A DNA stretch of 64,000 bases, from contig CAYVDC010000007.1 in assembly GCA_964450735.1 (NCBI GenBank), forward strand, positions 1,374 through 65,373, given 5' to 3'. Every line of letters starts with the position of its first letter. Within the stretch, counting starts at the first letter, position 1. The stretch comes from an uncultured Candidatus Saccharibacteria bacterium. GTDB taxonomy: Bacteria; Patescibacteriota; Minisyncoccia; Phycocordibacterales; UBA9973. Positions 27,958 to 36,340 of the stretch are shown in pieces. The notes under the pieces were generated by a model. That model was not told the origin of the DNA. It worked only from the letters and a program-made list of their open reading frames with translations, and did no database searches. The translations under genes and the position numbers were made by a program.

Positions 27958-28230
27958 TTATTCTTTTAACTTCGTACCACATTTGTGGCAGAAATCAGGA
28001 TTCATGTTTTTGCCAAGATAGGTGTGACAAACTGGACAGCGCCAATTCCAAGCCGAGAAAATCAGGCCCGCGATAACAATACATACTGCGATCGCAGTTA
28101 GCGTATCAGTGCTGATAGTCGTATTTCTCAACAAAACCATGCCAACCAACGCGATACCCACTGGTACAGCAACAAAGAGCTGTATCTTTTTTGCCTTCTT
28201 TATCTTTTCAATAACTTCATGATGTTCCAT
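27958..28230 (-). CDS. small membrane protein with C-terminal zinc-ribbon
   Basis: Two TM helices; C-terminal CPVCH...CHKCG. Confidence 0.4.
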   Translation of the reverse strand: MEHHEVIEKIKKAKKIQLFVAVPVGIALVGMVLLRNTTISTDTLTAIAVCIVIAGLIFSAWNWRCPVCHTYLGKNMNPDFCHKCGTKLKE

Positions 28231-28243
28231 ATATGGTACTCAA

Positions 28244-29143
28244 TTATCGCTTCTTCTTCCCTCCCAACAATTTTGTCTTGTAAAACGTATTGATCATATT
28301 GTAGACGATCTGCGCTGCGCCGTATTCGGTAAGTACATTGTCCGGAACTGGAGAAACTTCCACGACGTCTGCACCAACCAACTGTCGGCCTTCGATGACT
28401 GCTTCAAGCAATCGGAGCGTGTAGTACCATTCAAGTCCTCCCTGCACCGGTGTTCCCGTACCTGGCATATACGCAGGATCGATTCCATCCACGTCGATAG
28501 AAATGTAGACTTTCTTTGTTTTGACTGCGGCAATGACACGAGCGATCGATGGAATTTTTTCAGCACCCCATTCGAACACAGAAATATTTTTGTTAGCCAT
28601 GAAGTAGTCGTATTCGTCTTTTGAGAATGCGCGGATACCCACCTGTACGAGACTGTATCCCATTTCATGCGCGCGTCGCATGACTGCTGAGTGTGCGTAC
28701 GGAGTTGGATCAGTGTCATTGTAATCGCTGTCATCTTTACGGAGATCACAGTGCGCGTCGATCTGGAAAATAGTAACGTCTTTGGGATTATGCTTCTCTG
28801 AAAGCGCTTTGAGGGCTCCAAATGACATTGAGTGCTCTCCACCGAGGAGAAATGTAAAAGGAGCTGTGCTTGCCTTGCAGGCAGCAACAACGGCGTTGTG
28901 GGCGTCTTCCGGGGACATCTTTTGGAGACCAGCGATATCCTGAAGTGCGACTTTGATTTTTTCTGGTGATTCGACTCGGTATCGGCGATCGAAGAACTCG
29001 ATCTGAGTATTCAAACAGTCAATGACCTTTTGAGGACCTTCGGCAGTTCCCTTGTGGAACGAAGCGGTCTTGTCGTATGGAGCTGAGATAATAAGTACGT
29101 CCGGGTTGTCTTTGGGGCGTGAATTGATGATTGATTGTGGCAT
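28244..29143 (-). CDS. speB: agmatinase (arginase/ureohydrolase family)
   Basis: Ureohydrolase metal-binding blocks GGEHSMS, IDAHCDL, SIDVDGIDP. Its position next to an Arg-decarboxylase-like gene supports agmatinase over arginase. Confidence 0.75.
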   Translation of the reverse strand: MPQSIINSRPKDNPDVLIISAPYDKTASFHKGTAEGPQKVIDCLNTQIEFFDRRYRVESPEKIKVALQDIAGLQKMSPEDAHNAVVAACKASTAPFTFLLGGEHSMSFGALKALSEKHNPKDVTIFQIDAHCDLRKDDSDYNDTDPTPYAHSAVMRRAHEMGYSLVQVGIRAFSKDEYDYFMANKNISVFEWGAEKIPSIARVIAAVKTKKVYISIDVDGIDPAYMPGTGTPVQGGLEWYYTLRLLEAVIEGRQLVGADVVEVSPVPDNVLTEYGAAQIVYNMINTFYKTKLLGGKKKR

Positions 29144-29190
29144 GTGACTATACTAGCAAAGATATGGGCAAAGTAAACATTTGTACGCAA

Positions 29191-29214
29191 TAAAAAATGC
29201 CTGTTTGGGTAAAC
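29191..29214. terminator. terminator hairpin
   Basis: ATGCCTGTTTGGGTAAACAGGCAT preceded by an A-run. Confidence 0.4.
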
Positions 29215-29245
29215 AGGCATACAGTATCTATTAGATATGAACTAA

Positions 29246-29935
29246 TTATTTTTTACGAAATAACAAAGTCGTTTCGCGTGAATCTATACCCTTAACATAG
29301 TTTTCGTTATTATCGCCGGTATAACCATTGATAGGTTCGAAACCAAGCAAATCCAATGTTTGTAATACAAACTCAATTGGGTGAACGTACATTACTACAT
29401 CATCTTCATCCAAAAAGTTATGTATTTTGCCTTGTGGAGAATTTGCCTTATAGATAAGTAAGTTAAAGCCTAACAATCCGCCTGACTTAAGCACACGAGA
29501 TGCTTCAGTGAAAGGGTGAAGTATATTCTCGATGTACATAAGTGCCGAACAGCAAGTAACCATATCGGCGGTTGCATTCGTTGCTGGCACAGTAGCAGTA
29601 CGCAAATCCATTTCAAATGCTTCAACAGTTATATTGTGCGAAGCAGTAAATTCTGGAAGTTGCGAAAGCATTCCTTCTGAAAAATCTGTTCCCAAGAATT
29701 TTGTAAATCCAAGTAGTGACAGTGTTACGATTGATGTTCCTGAACCGCAGGCCAAGTCTATTAAAAAACCATTTGGGATTTTAAAATCCTTTCCCATTTT
29801 CATTCGCACTAATGTAACTAGTGTTACCGCAATAGGAGAACCTCCCCTTTTACAAAATGCTAAATAGCTTAGGTACGTTTGTGGGTCGTTGTAGTATTCT
29901 TTTGTATCCATCTTTCTTTTGTTTTTCTTTACCAT
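29246..29935 (-). CDS. class I SAM-dependent methyltransferase
   Basis: Motif I LIDLACGSGTS; Rossmann-fold pattern. Confidence 0.65.
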   Translation of the reverse strand: MVKKNKRKMDTKEYYNDPQTYLSYLAFCKRGGSPIAVTLVTLVRMKMGKDFKIPNGFLIDLACGSGTSIVTLSLLGFTKFLGTDFSEGMLSQLPEFTASHNITVEAFEMDLRTATVPATNATADMVTCCSALMYIENILHPFTEASRVLKSGGLLGFNLLIYKANSPQGKIHNFLDEDDVVMYVHPIEFVLQTLDLLGFEPINGYTGDNNENYVKGIDSRETTLLFRKK

Positions 29936-30005
29936 AGCATGGTTTTATGGAAAGTCAAATAAAAAACACCGGCTGCATAATTGCAAGCCGGTATATATTA
30001 GGAAC

Positions 30006-30569
30006 TTATGTTTTTTCAATCGTTTTTTGTTTTTTTGAAAACACGAAGGTTTTCTTAGCAATTTTAAATGCATTCATCGGTAAATATTTCAAGAAAGAAA
30101 AACTTGTAGATGTAGCCTTAGTAGAAGTAGTCCGAATTTCATGCATGTTGAGTGCTAGCAATCCATAGTCTTTTTCCCAAAATGGAAAGTCGGTCTTGGG
30201 TAAATTAACATAAATTGCACGAAGCTCATCGAGCGTAATGTCTTCACAATCCAGCATAAGCCTCGATAGATCTGTCTTTTTACGAATATCACTTGCCGTG
30301 GACAAGTATGGTATCCAGCGAGCTCGAGAAATCTTTCTTGCTTCTGCAAGTTCCCTATATTTGTAATAATCATATGCCGCAAAGCAAATCCAAATGATTA
30401 CAGCGGGCACAGTTGAAAAGAATATTATTTTGAATCCATAATCCACAATGTAGTTCGCCATATGCTTTCGTTTTTTGTCATAGTACATCCAGATTGAAAA
30501 TGTGTAAATAGTTGAAAAACGACCGAGACCGCAGAATAAAAATGCCCCGCTGTTTTTGCAGCGAGGCAT
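30006..30569 (-). CDS. hypothetical membrane protein
   Basis: ORF with several hydrophobic helices. Confidence 0.4.
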   Translation of the reverse strand: MPRCKNSGAFLFCGLGRFSTIYTFSIWMYYDKKRKHMANYIVDYGFKIIFFSTVPAVIIWICFAAYDYYKYRELAEARKISRARWIPYLSTASDIRKKTDLSRLMLDCEDITLDELRAIYVNLPKTDFPFWEKDYGLLALNMHEIRTTSTKATSTSFSFLKYLPMNAFKIAKKTFVFSKKQKTIEKT

Positions 30570-30583
30570 ATATATAAATTGTG

Positions 30584-31240
30584 TTATTTAAGTTTAGCTA
30601 CACATAAGCATTGTGATGTGATGAAACCCTGCATATGGTATTGGTCTGGCAATTCTGCTTCCAACATATCTACTATCGCCAAGTTGGCCTTTTTTAAGCC
30701 GTAACGGATTTCAGCGATAGAATGGCATTTGGAAGTCTGGAATCCAGGCAATGCAAACGGAACATGTTTTGCCTGTATATCATCTGATATCGTCACAGTA
30801 ACAAAACCTAAGTACCCTGTGGGCTTCAGAATTCTCGCCACCTCGCTAAAGCAATGATGCGGAGAGTCAAGATACGGAAGCAATCCCTCGCATAAAACCA
30901 AATCAGCAAATTGAGCTGGCAGAGGAAGCGTGTCGTTGTTTAAATCGGCATACTGGCTAACAAATCGTTTGTTTGCCTTGCGAGCTTCTTGTTTCGCAAG
31001 ATTAAGCATATCGACAGATTGATCAATCCCAGCATATGTTCTAAAACCGAGATGTGAGAAATAATGCAACGTAGTGAACGGACCACAGCCGAGATCAACA
31101 ACGCGACCGCCGGTAAAGTCTTTCTGAGTTTTTGAAAGTACGTAATTGCGAAACATCAACGAAACCGATTTTTCTATTGGATTATATTTATTATCTTCTA
31201 AATACTTTAAAGCATCGCTTTTTTGATTATATGGATTCAT
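30584..31240 (-). CDS. class I SAM-dependent methyltransferase (second copy, distinct sequence)
   Basis: Motif I VVDLGCGPFTT, post-I IDQSVDML. Confidence 0.65.
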   Translation of the reverse strand: MNPYNQKSDALKYLEDNKYNPIEKSVSLMFRNYVLSKTQKDFTGGRVVDLGCGPFTTLHYFSHLGFRTYAGIDQSVDMLNLAKQEARKANKRFVSQYADLNNDTLPLPAQFADLVLCEGLLPYLDSPHHCFSEVARILKPTGYLGFVTVTISDDIQAKHVPFALPGFQTSKCHSIAEIRYGLKKANLAIVDMLEAELPDQYHMQGFITSQCLCVAKLK

Positions 31241-31335
31241 GTGGTATTTTTTTATTACAATAACACATTTTTTAATAAAATCAAGTTCTGCTACTTGTAT
31301 AATAACTCTTCAAAAATAAGGGCCTCCATGCTAGT

Positions 31336-33090
31336 ATGAAACCTATGAACCCAGAAGAACTATCAAAAGTCCGCCATACACTGGCACACTTACTCGCCCA
31401 ATCAGTACAGGCTCACTACCCTGCCGTACAACTCACGCTTGGGCCGGCAGTCGATAACGGCTTCTATTACGATATGGATTTTGGTACCGAAAAAATCGGC
31501 GATGCTGACCTCGGCAAAATCCAGACGACAATGCGCAAGAATCTTTCAAAGTGGACTGAATTCACCCACCGCGAAGTTACCAAAGACGAAGCCCTCGCTC
31601 TCTTTGCTGGAAATCCATACAAGACTGAACTCATCAATGAAATTGCTGACCGTGGTGAGAAGATCACACTCTACTCTTGCGGAGGGTTTGAAGATCTCTG
31701 TCGTGGAGGACATGCTGAAAATCCTGCAAAGGAAATCTCTGCTGACTCATTCAAGCTTGATCGTGTAGCTGGCGCATATTGGCGCGGGGATGAAAAAAAT
31801 CCGATGTTGACTCGTATTTACGGATTGGCATTCGAATCAAAAGACGCACTCACTGCATACATCACTCAACAAGAAGAAGCAAAAAAACGCGATCACCGAA
31901 AGCTCGGCAAAGAAATGGGCTTGTTCGTTTTCTCCGATCTCGTAGGACCAGGACTTCCCCTCTGGACTCCAAAAGGAACTTTCATCCGCGAAGCATTGAA
32001 TGACTATGTATGGTCTCTCCGCAAGAAGAAAGGCTACCAAAAAGTCACTATCCCTCACATCACAAAAAAGGAACTCTACGAGACTTCAGGCCACTGGGCG
32101 AAATACGCTGATGACTTGTTCAAAATCCACACTCGCGAGGATCACCTCTTTGCTATGAAGCCAATGAACTGCCCTCACCACACGCAGATTTTTGACAGCG
32201 AGCCAAGAAGCTATCGTGACATGCCGCAGCGCTATGCTGAGACAACGATGGTATACCGTGATGAACAGTCAGGAGAACTTTCAGGACTCTCACGAGTGAT
32301 CTCAATCACTCAAGACGATGCGCACGTATTTTGCCGAGAGAACCAGATCGAAGTCGAAGCACTCGCAATCTGGGATATTATCGAAACATTTTACAATACG
32401 TTTGGATTTAAACTCCAGGTTCGTTTTTCACGACATGATCCATCTCAGATGGAAAAATACTTGGGCGGAGCAGAAGTATGGGCAAAGGCTGAAGGCGCTC
32501 TTGAGAACCTTATGAAGTCCAAGGGAGTAACGTGGATGGACGGTCTCGGCGAAGCAGCATTCTACGGACCAAAGATCGACTTCATTGCTCGTGACTCGAT
32601 CGGACGCGTTCTCCAGGTTGCGACAATCCAGCTCGACTTCAACCAGCCAAAGAACTTCGGACTTGTTTGTACAAATGAAAAAGGAGAAAAGGAACAGATC
32701 GTTATGATCCATGCAGCGATCATGGGATCGATCGAACGATTCATGTCTACTATGATCGAGCACGTTGCTGGAAATTTCCCAACATGGCTCTCTCCTACTC
32801 AGGTTACGATCGTTCCGATCCGCGAAGAACACGAAGCATTTGCACAGAAATTGAACGACATGCTTTTGGAAAATGACATTCGTGTTAAGCTTGATAACGG
32901 CAAAGACTCTATGGGCAAGCGTATCCGTGAATCAAAAACACAGCGCATTCCATATACAATCGTTATCGGAGATCAGGAATCATCAAGCGGCGTTCTCACT
33001 ATCGAAACACGAAGCGGAGAAAAGCTTCAGATGAATGAAACTGAATTCTTGGCTAAGTTAGTTGAGGAAGTGAAGACAAAGGCATACTAA
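31336..33090 (+). CDS. thrS: threonyl-tRNA synthetase (no N-terminal TGS domain)
   Basis: HRKLGKEMGLFVFSD...PGLPLWTPKG, MNCPHH, class II aaRS motifs, C-terminal anticodon-binding domain. Confidence 0.9.
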   Translation: MKPMNPEELSKVRHTLAHLLAQSVQAHYPAVQLTLGPAVDNGFYYDMDFGTEKIGDADLGKIQTTMRKNLSKWTEFTHREVTKDEALALFAGNPYKTELINEIADRGEKITLYSCGGFEDLCRGGHAENPAKEISADSFKLDRVAGAYWRGDEKNPMLTRIYGLAFESKDALTAYITQQEEAKKRDHRKLGKEMGLFVFSDLVGPGLPLWTPKGTFIREALNDYVWSLRKKKGYQKVTIPHITKKELYETSGHWAKYADDLFKIHTREDHLFAMKPMNCPHHTQIFDSEPRSYRDMPQRYAETTMVYRDEQSGELSGLSRVISITQDDAHVFCRENQIEVEALAIWDIIETFYNTFGFKLQVRFSRHDPSQMEKYLGGAEVWAKAEGALENLMKSKGVTWMDGLGEAAFYGPKIDFIARDSIGRVLQVATIQLDFNQPKNFGLVCTNEKGEKEQIVMIHAAIMGSIERFMSTMIEHVAGNFPTWLSPTQVTIVPIREEHEAFAQKLNDMLLENDIRVKLDNGKDSMGKRIRESKTQRIPYTIVIGDQESSSGVLTIETRSGEKLQMNETEFLAKLVEEVKTKAY

Positions 33091-33207
33091 TTCAAAATAC
33101 TACGACAAAAGAGCGGCGCCTCTTCTCGCTTGGTAATTTATCTTTACAGTATCACGCCGCTCGAAGCGGCTTACCTATCGGTAAGCCGGGCGCGCATCTT
33201 TTTTTAA

Positions 33208-33690
33208 TTATAAATACTTAATTTCTTTCCCCAACTTCGTCACCAAATCATGTTCCCACTGTGCGCCTTTGGATGTTTTCCAATTCGGCATGAAATAAAA
33301 CGTGGTGATTTTTTCCTTGTTCATCAGTGGTAGGTAAAAATCATCAAGGATGCTGTAAGCGTATTCTCCCGGCTTCAGGTCTTTCTTTAATTTCTGCATC
33401 GGCATCTCAAACGGCATCTGGTCAAAAACGTGCAAGCCTTCCGCTTGGAGTTTTTTGATTGTTTCATTGAATGCGTGCAAATTTGCTTCCAAGCTTCCCA
33501 GCCCACCGCTTGCGATCGGTCCGCAGACTTGAACCACCGTTTCCGGCATTCGTGAATACACTCGCTCGGCTATTGCGTACATCGCAGTTGCCGTTTCAGC
33601 GGCTTCCAAATCTGCCCAATCCTGGTCAGTCCAATATTGTAATGTTTCTTTACTTAATTCCATAAAAACTTTTAAGGCAGTTATCTTCAT
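33208..33690 (-). CDS. hypothetical protein, co-operonic with a Nudix hydrolase
   Basis: ORF only (VCGPIASGGLGSLEANL motif unassigned); overlaps the upstream Nudix gene by ~40 nt. Confidence 0.4.
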   Translation of the reverse strand: MKITALKVFMELSKETLQYWTDQDWADLEAAETATAMYAIAERVYSRMPETVVQVCGPIASGGLGSLEANLHAFNETIKKLQAEGLHVFDQMPFEMPMQKLKKDLKPGEYAYSILDDFYLPLMNKEKITTFYFMPNWKTSKGAQWEHDLVTKLGKEIKYL

Positions 33691-34093
33691 CAGGCATTAA
33701 ATACAATTTCAACGCATCTTTGGGAGTAGTCCAAACAAAGTCTATATGCTCGGCTTCACTCAATTTAACCTCAGGAAGGTAATCAAGAACTACCCTGTAA
33801 TTATAATAGATGAAATGTCTGTCACTATTATCATGCGTTACGTAAAATGTAATCGGGTCTTTAAATGATTCAAGATCAATCTGCAATCCTGTCTCTTCGA
33901 ATACTTCACGAGCGATTGCGTGTTTATTACTTAAATCTTCCTTATTTATTTTTCCACCAGGACGGCCATACATTAGTCCTTCGGCTTTATTTGGATGTCG
34001 TTTTAATTCCAAAATTTTTCCATCGCACTCAACAAAACAACCAACCACTTCAATAGGATTATCGAATGAGGCTGGTTGTTTTAGATAAAACAT
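33650..34093 (-). CDS. NUDIX hydrolase
   Basis: Canonical Nudix box GGKINKEDLSNKHAIAREVFEETGL. Confidence 0.8.
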   Translation of the reverse strand: MFYLKQPASFDNPIEVVGCFVECDGKILELKRHPNKAEGLMYGRPGGKINKEDLSNKHAIAREVFEETGLQIDLESFKDPITFYVTHDNSDRHFIYYNYRVVLDYLPEVKLSEAEHIDFVWTTPKDALKLYLMPDEDNCLKSFYGIK

Positions 34094-34096
34094 ACT

Positions 34097-36193
34097 TTAG
34101 ATATCGAGTTCCGCCATCTTGGCATGTGTCTGGATAAATGTTTTGCGAGGAGCAACATCAGATCCCATGAGCATGTCGAAGACTTTGTCTGCGTCAGCTG
34201 CGAGTTCGATGTTCACCTGTTTGATCACGCGTCGGCTTGGATCCATAGTTGTTTCCCAAAGCTCTTCGGCGTTCATTTCTCCCAAACCTTTGTATCGCTG
34301 AACGTTGATTTTGACTGCGCGAGGCTTTCCGTCTTTCATTTCAACGATCTCAACTTCTTCGCCTTCTTCTTCGCCAGATCCATCGCGTTCTGCTTGGGCA
34401 ACCATTTCGTCGAGGTCAACGTCTTTTTCTTGGCCCATGACGGCGACTTTTTCCTCGTCAGAATATGCATAGAAGATTTCCTTGCCTTTCTTGATCTTGT
34501 AGAGCGGCGGCTGAGCGATATAGATAAATCCACCATCAAGCAATGGCTTGAAGTATCGATACAAAAGCGTAAGGATCAGTGTTCGGATGTGCGCACCGTC
34601 AACGTCGGCATCGGTTGCGATGATGACCTTGTGGTAGCGAAGTTTTGAGATATCAAATGTGTCTCCGATCGCAGTTCCGAGAGCAACCACGAGGTTCTTG
34701 ATCTGTTCTGAAGCAAGCATGCGATCAAGGCGTGCTCGTTCAATGTTCAAGATCTTTCCTCGGAGCGGCAAGATAGCCTGTGTCTTTCGGTCACGGCCGG
34801 TCTTTGCAGTACCGCCCGCTGAGTCTCCTTCCACAATAAAGAGTTCGGATTCTTCGGCGCTCTTTGACTGACAGTCAGCGAGTTTGCCTGGAAGTGTCAT
34901 TCCCTCCAAAGCGCCTTTTCGCAAGATTGAATCCTTTGCAGCCTTTGCTGCTTTTCGAGCTCGCACTGCGAGAATCGCCTTGTTGATGATTGATTTTGCC
35001 TGATCTGGGTTTTCTTCAAGGAAGTTAGCAAATGCATCTCCGAAGACCGTTGCTACAGCGCCCTGAGCCTCCATAGAGCCGAGTTTAGCCTTTGTCTGGC
35101 CCTCGAACTGGATCTCAGCAAGTTTGACTGAGATGACCGCTGTAAGACCTTCAAGAACGTCTTCACCGGTAAATCCGCCGTCAGCTTCTTTGATGAGGTT
35201 ATTTTTCTTGCCGTAGGTATTGAGCAGGCGTGTAAGCGCAGTCTTGAAACCGGTTACATGCGTTCCGCCTTCGGGAGTATGGATGTTGTTCGCAAACGGA
35301 ACGATCTTGGTTTCGATTTCGTCGGTATATTGCAATGCAATTTCAACGCCAACATTATCCTGTTCTTTTTCAACATAGAAAACGGATTCCTGAATTGGCT
35401 TCAATCCTTGGTTGTAGTATTTGACCAATGACATCAAGCCACCTTCGAAATAGAACGAGTATGATGGGACTTCTAGCCCGAGGTCGCCAAACCAATATGC
35501 ATCGTCAAGTGAGAATTTCTTGTTGAACAATGTATCAGCATCCATCTCGCGTGCATCAATGATAGTGAGCTTCAAACCTTTGACGAGATATGCCTGCTGG
35601 CGCATGTGGTTGACCACGGTGCTCCAGGTGAACTTTACGCCTTCTTTGAAGATTTCTGGGTCAGGAGAAAATGTTGTGATCGTTCCATGCAATTTTGAAG
35701 AACCAACTTTTTTGACATTGGCTTTCTTTTTTCCCTGAGAGTACTCTTGCATAAAGATGCCGCCGTCTCGGTGAACTATTACCTTTGTGTATATTGAAAG
35801 CGCGTTAACAACAGAAGCACCCACACCGTGGAGACCTCCAGACACTTTGTAACCAGATCCTTCGCCGCCGAATTTTCCACCGGCATGAAGCGTGGTCATA
35901 ACCATTTCAAGCGCTGAAAGTTTTGTCTTTGGGTGAATGTCGGTTGGAATACCGCGACCATTGTCCACGACACGAATGAAGTTGTCAGGAAGAAGCGTGA
36001 TCTCGATGCGGTTTGCATGGCCAGCCATCGCTTCGTCGCGAGAGTTATCGAAAATTTCCCATATCAAATGGTGAAGACCATCAGGACCAGTTGATCCGAT
36101 GTACATACCAGGACGTTTTCGGACAGGTTCAAGTCCCTCGAGCACTTGGATTTGCTCGGCACCGTATTTAGCTTTCGATTCGTCTTTTGCCAT
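34097..36193 (-). CDS. gyrB: DNA gyrase subunit B (start placed at MAKDESKAKYG)
   Basis: GHKL ATPase (GLHHLIWEIFDNSRDEAMAGH), TOPRIM (EGDSAGG), acidic C-terminal insert. Start codon ATG is the revcomp of cat at 36191-36193. Confidence 0.9.
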   Translation of the reverse strand: MAKDESKAKYGAEQIQVLEGLEPVRKRPGMYIGSTGPDGLHHLIWEIFDNSRDEAMAGHANRIEITLLPDNFIRVVDNGRGIPTDIHPKTKLSALEMVMTTLHAGGKFGGEGSGYKVSGGLHGVGASVVNALSIYTKVIVHRDGGIFMQEYSQGKKKANVKKVGSSKLHGTITTFSPDPEIFKEGVKFTWSTVVNHMRQQAYLVKGLKLTIIDAREMDADTLFNKKFSLDDAYWFGDLGLEVPSYSFYFEGGLMSLVKYYNQGLKPIQESVFYVEKEQDNVGVEIALQYTDEIETKIVPFANNIHTPEGGTHVTGFKTALTRLLNTYGKKNNLIKEADGGFTGEDVLEGLTAVISVKLAEIQFEGQTKAKLGSMEAQGAVATVFGDAFANFLEENPDQAKSIINKAILAVRARKAAKAAKDSILRKGALEGMTLPGKLADCQSKSAEESELFIVEGDSAGGTAKTGRDRKTQAILPLRGKILNIERARLDRMLASEQIKNLVVALGTAIGDTFDISKLRYHKVIIATDADVDGAHIRTLILTLLYRYFKPLLDGGFIYIAQPPLYKIKKGKEIFYAYSDEEKVAVMGQEKDVDLDEMVAQAERDGSGEEEGEEVEIVEMKDGKPRAVKINVQRYKGLGEMNAEELWETTMDPSRRVIKQVNIELAADADKVFDMLMGSDVAPRKTFIQTHAKMAELDI

Positions 36194-36274
36194 AGTATGT
36201 ATGTTGATTATAAAAATAAAAAGCGCACCCGGAAACACTAGAAACAGTCGATTTGTACCTAAAAAGTATACCAT

Positions 36275-36300
36275 ATTGCATATGCAAAAACCAGCTCGAA
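36275..36300. terminator. bidirectional terminator
   Basis: AAACCAGC-tcgaaat-GCTGGTTTT. Confidence 0.5.
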
Positions 36301-36340
36301 ATGCTGGTTTTAAGCTTGCAATATAAGGCTTATTATGGCG

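Noticed and set aside
28294-28890. 198-aa ORF on the minus strand inside the agmatinase gene
   Set aside because: It is a different frame of the same strand and is wholly contained in a gene with strong ureohydrolase motifs. The product is low-complexity (S/T/R-rich), so it is a shadow ORF.
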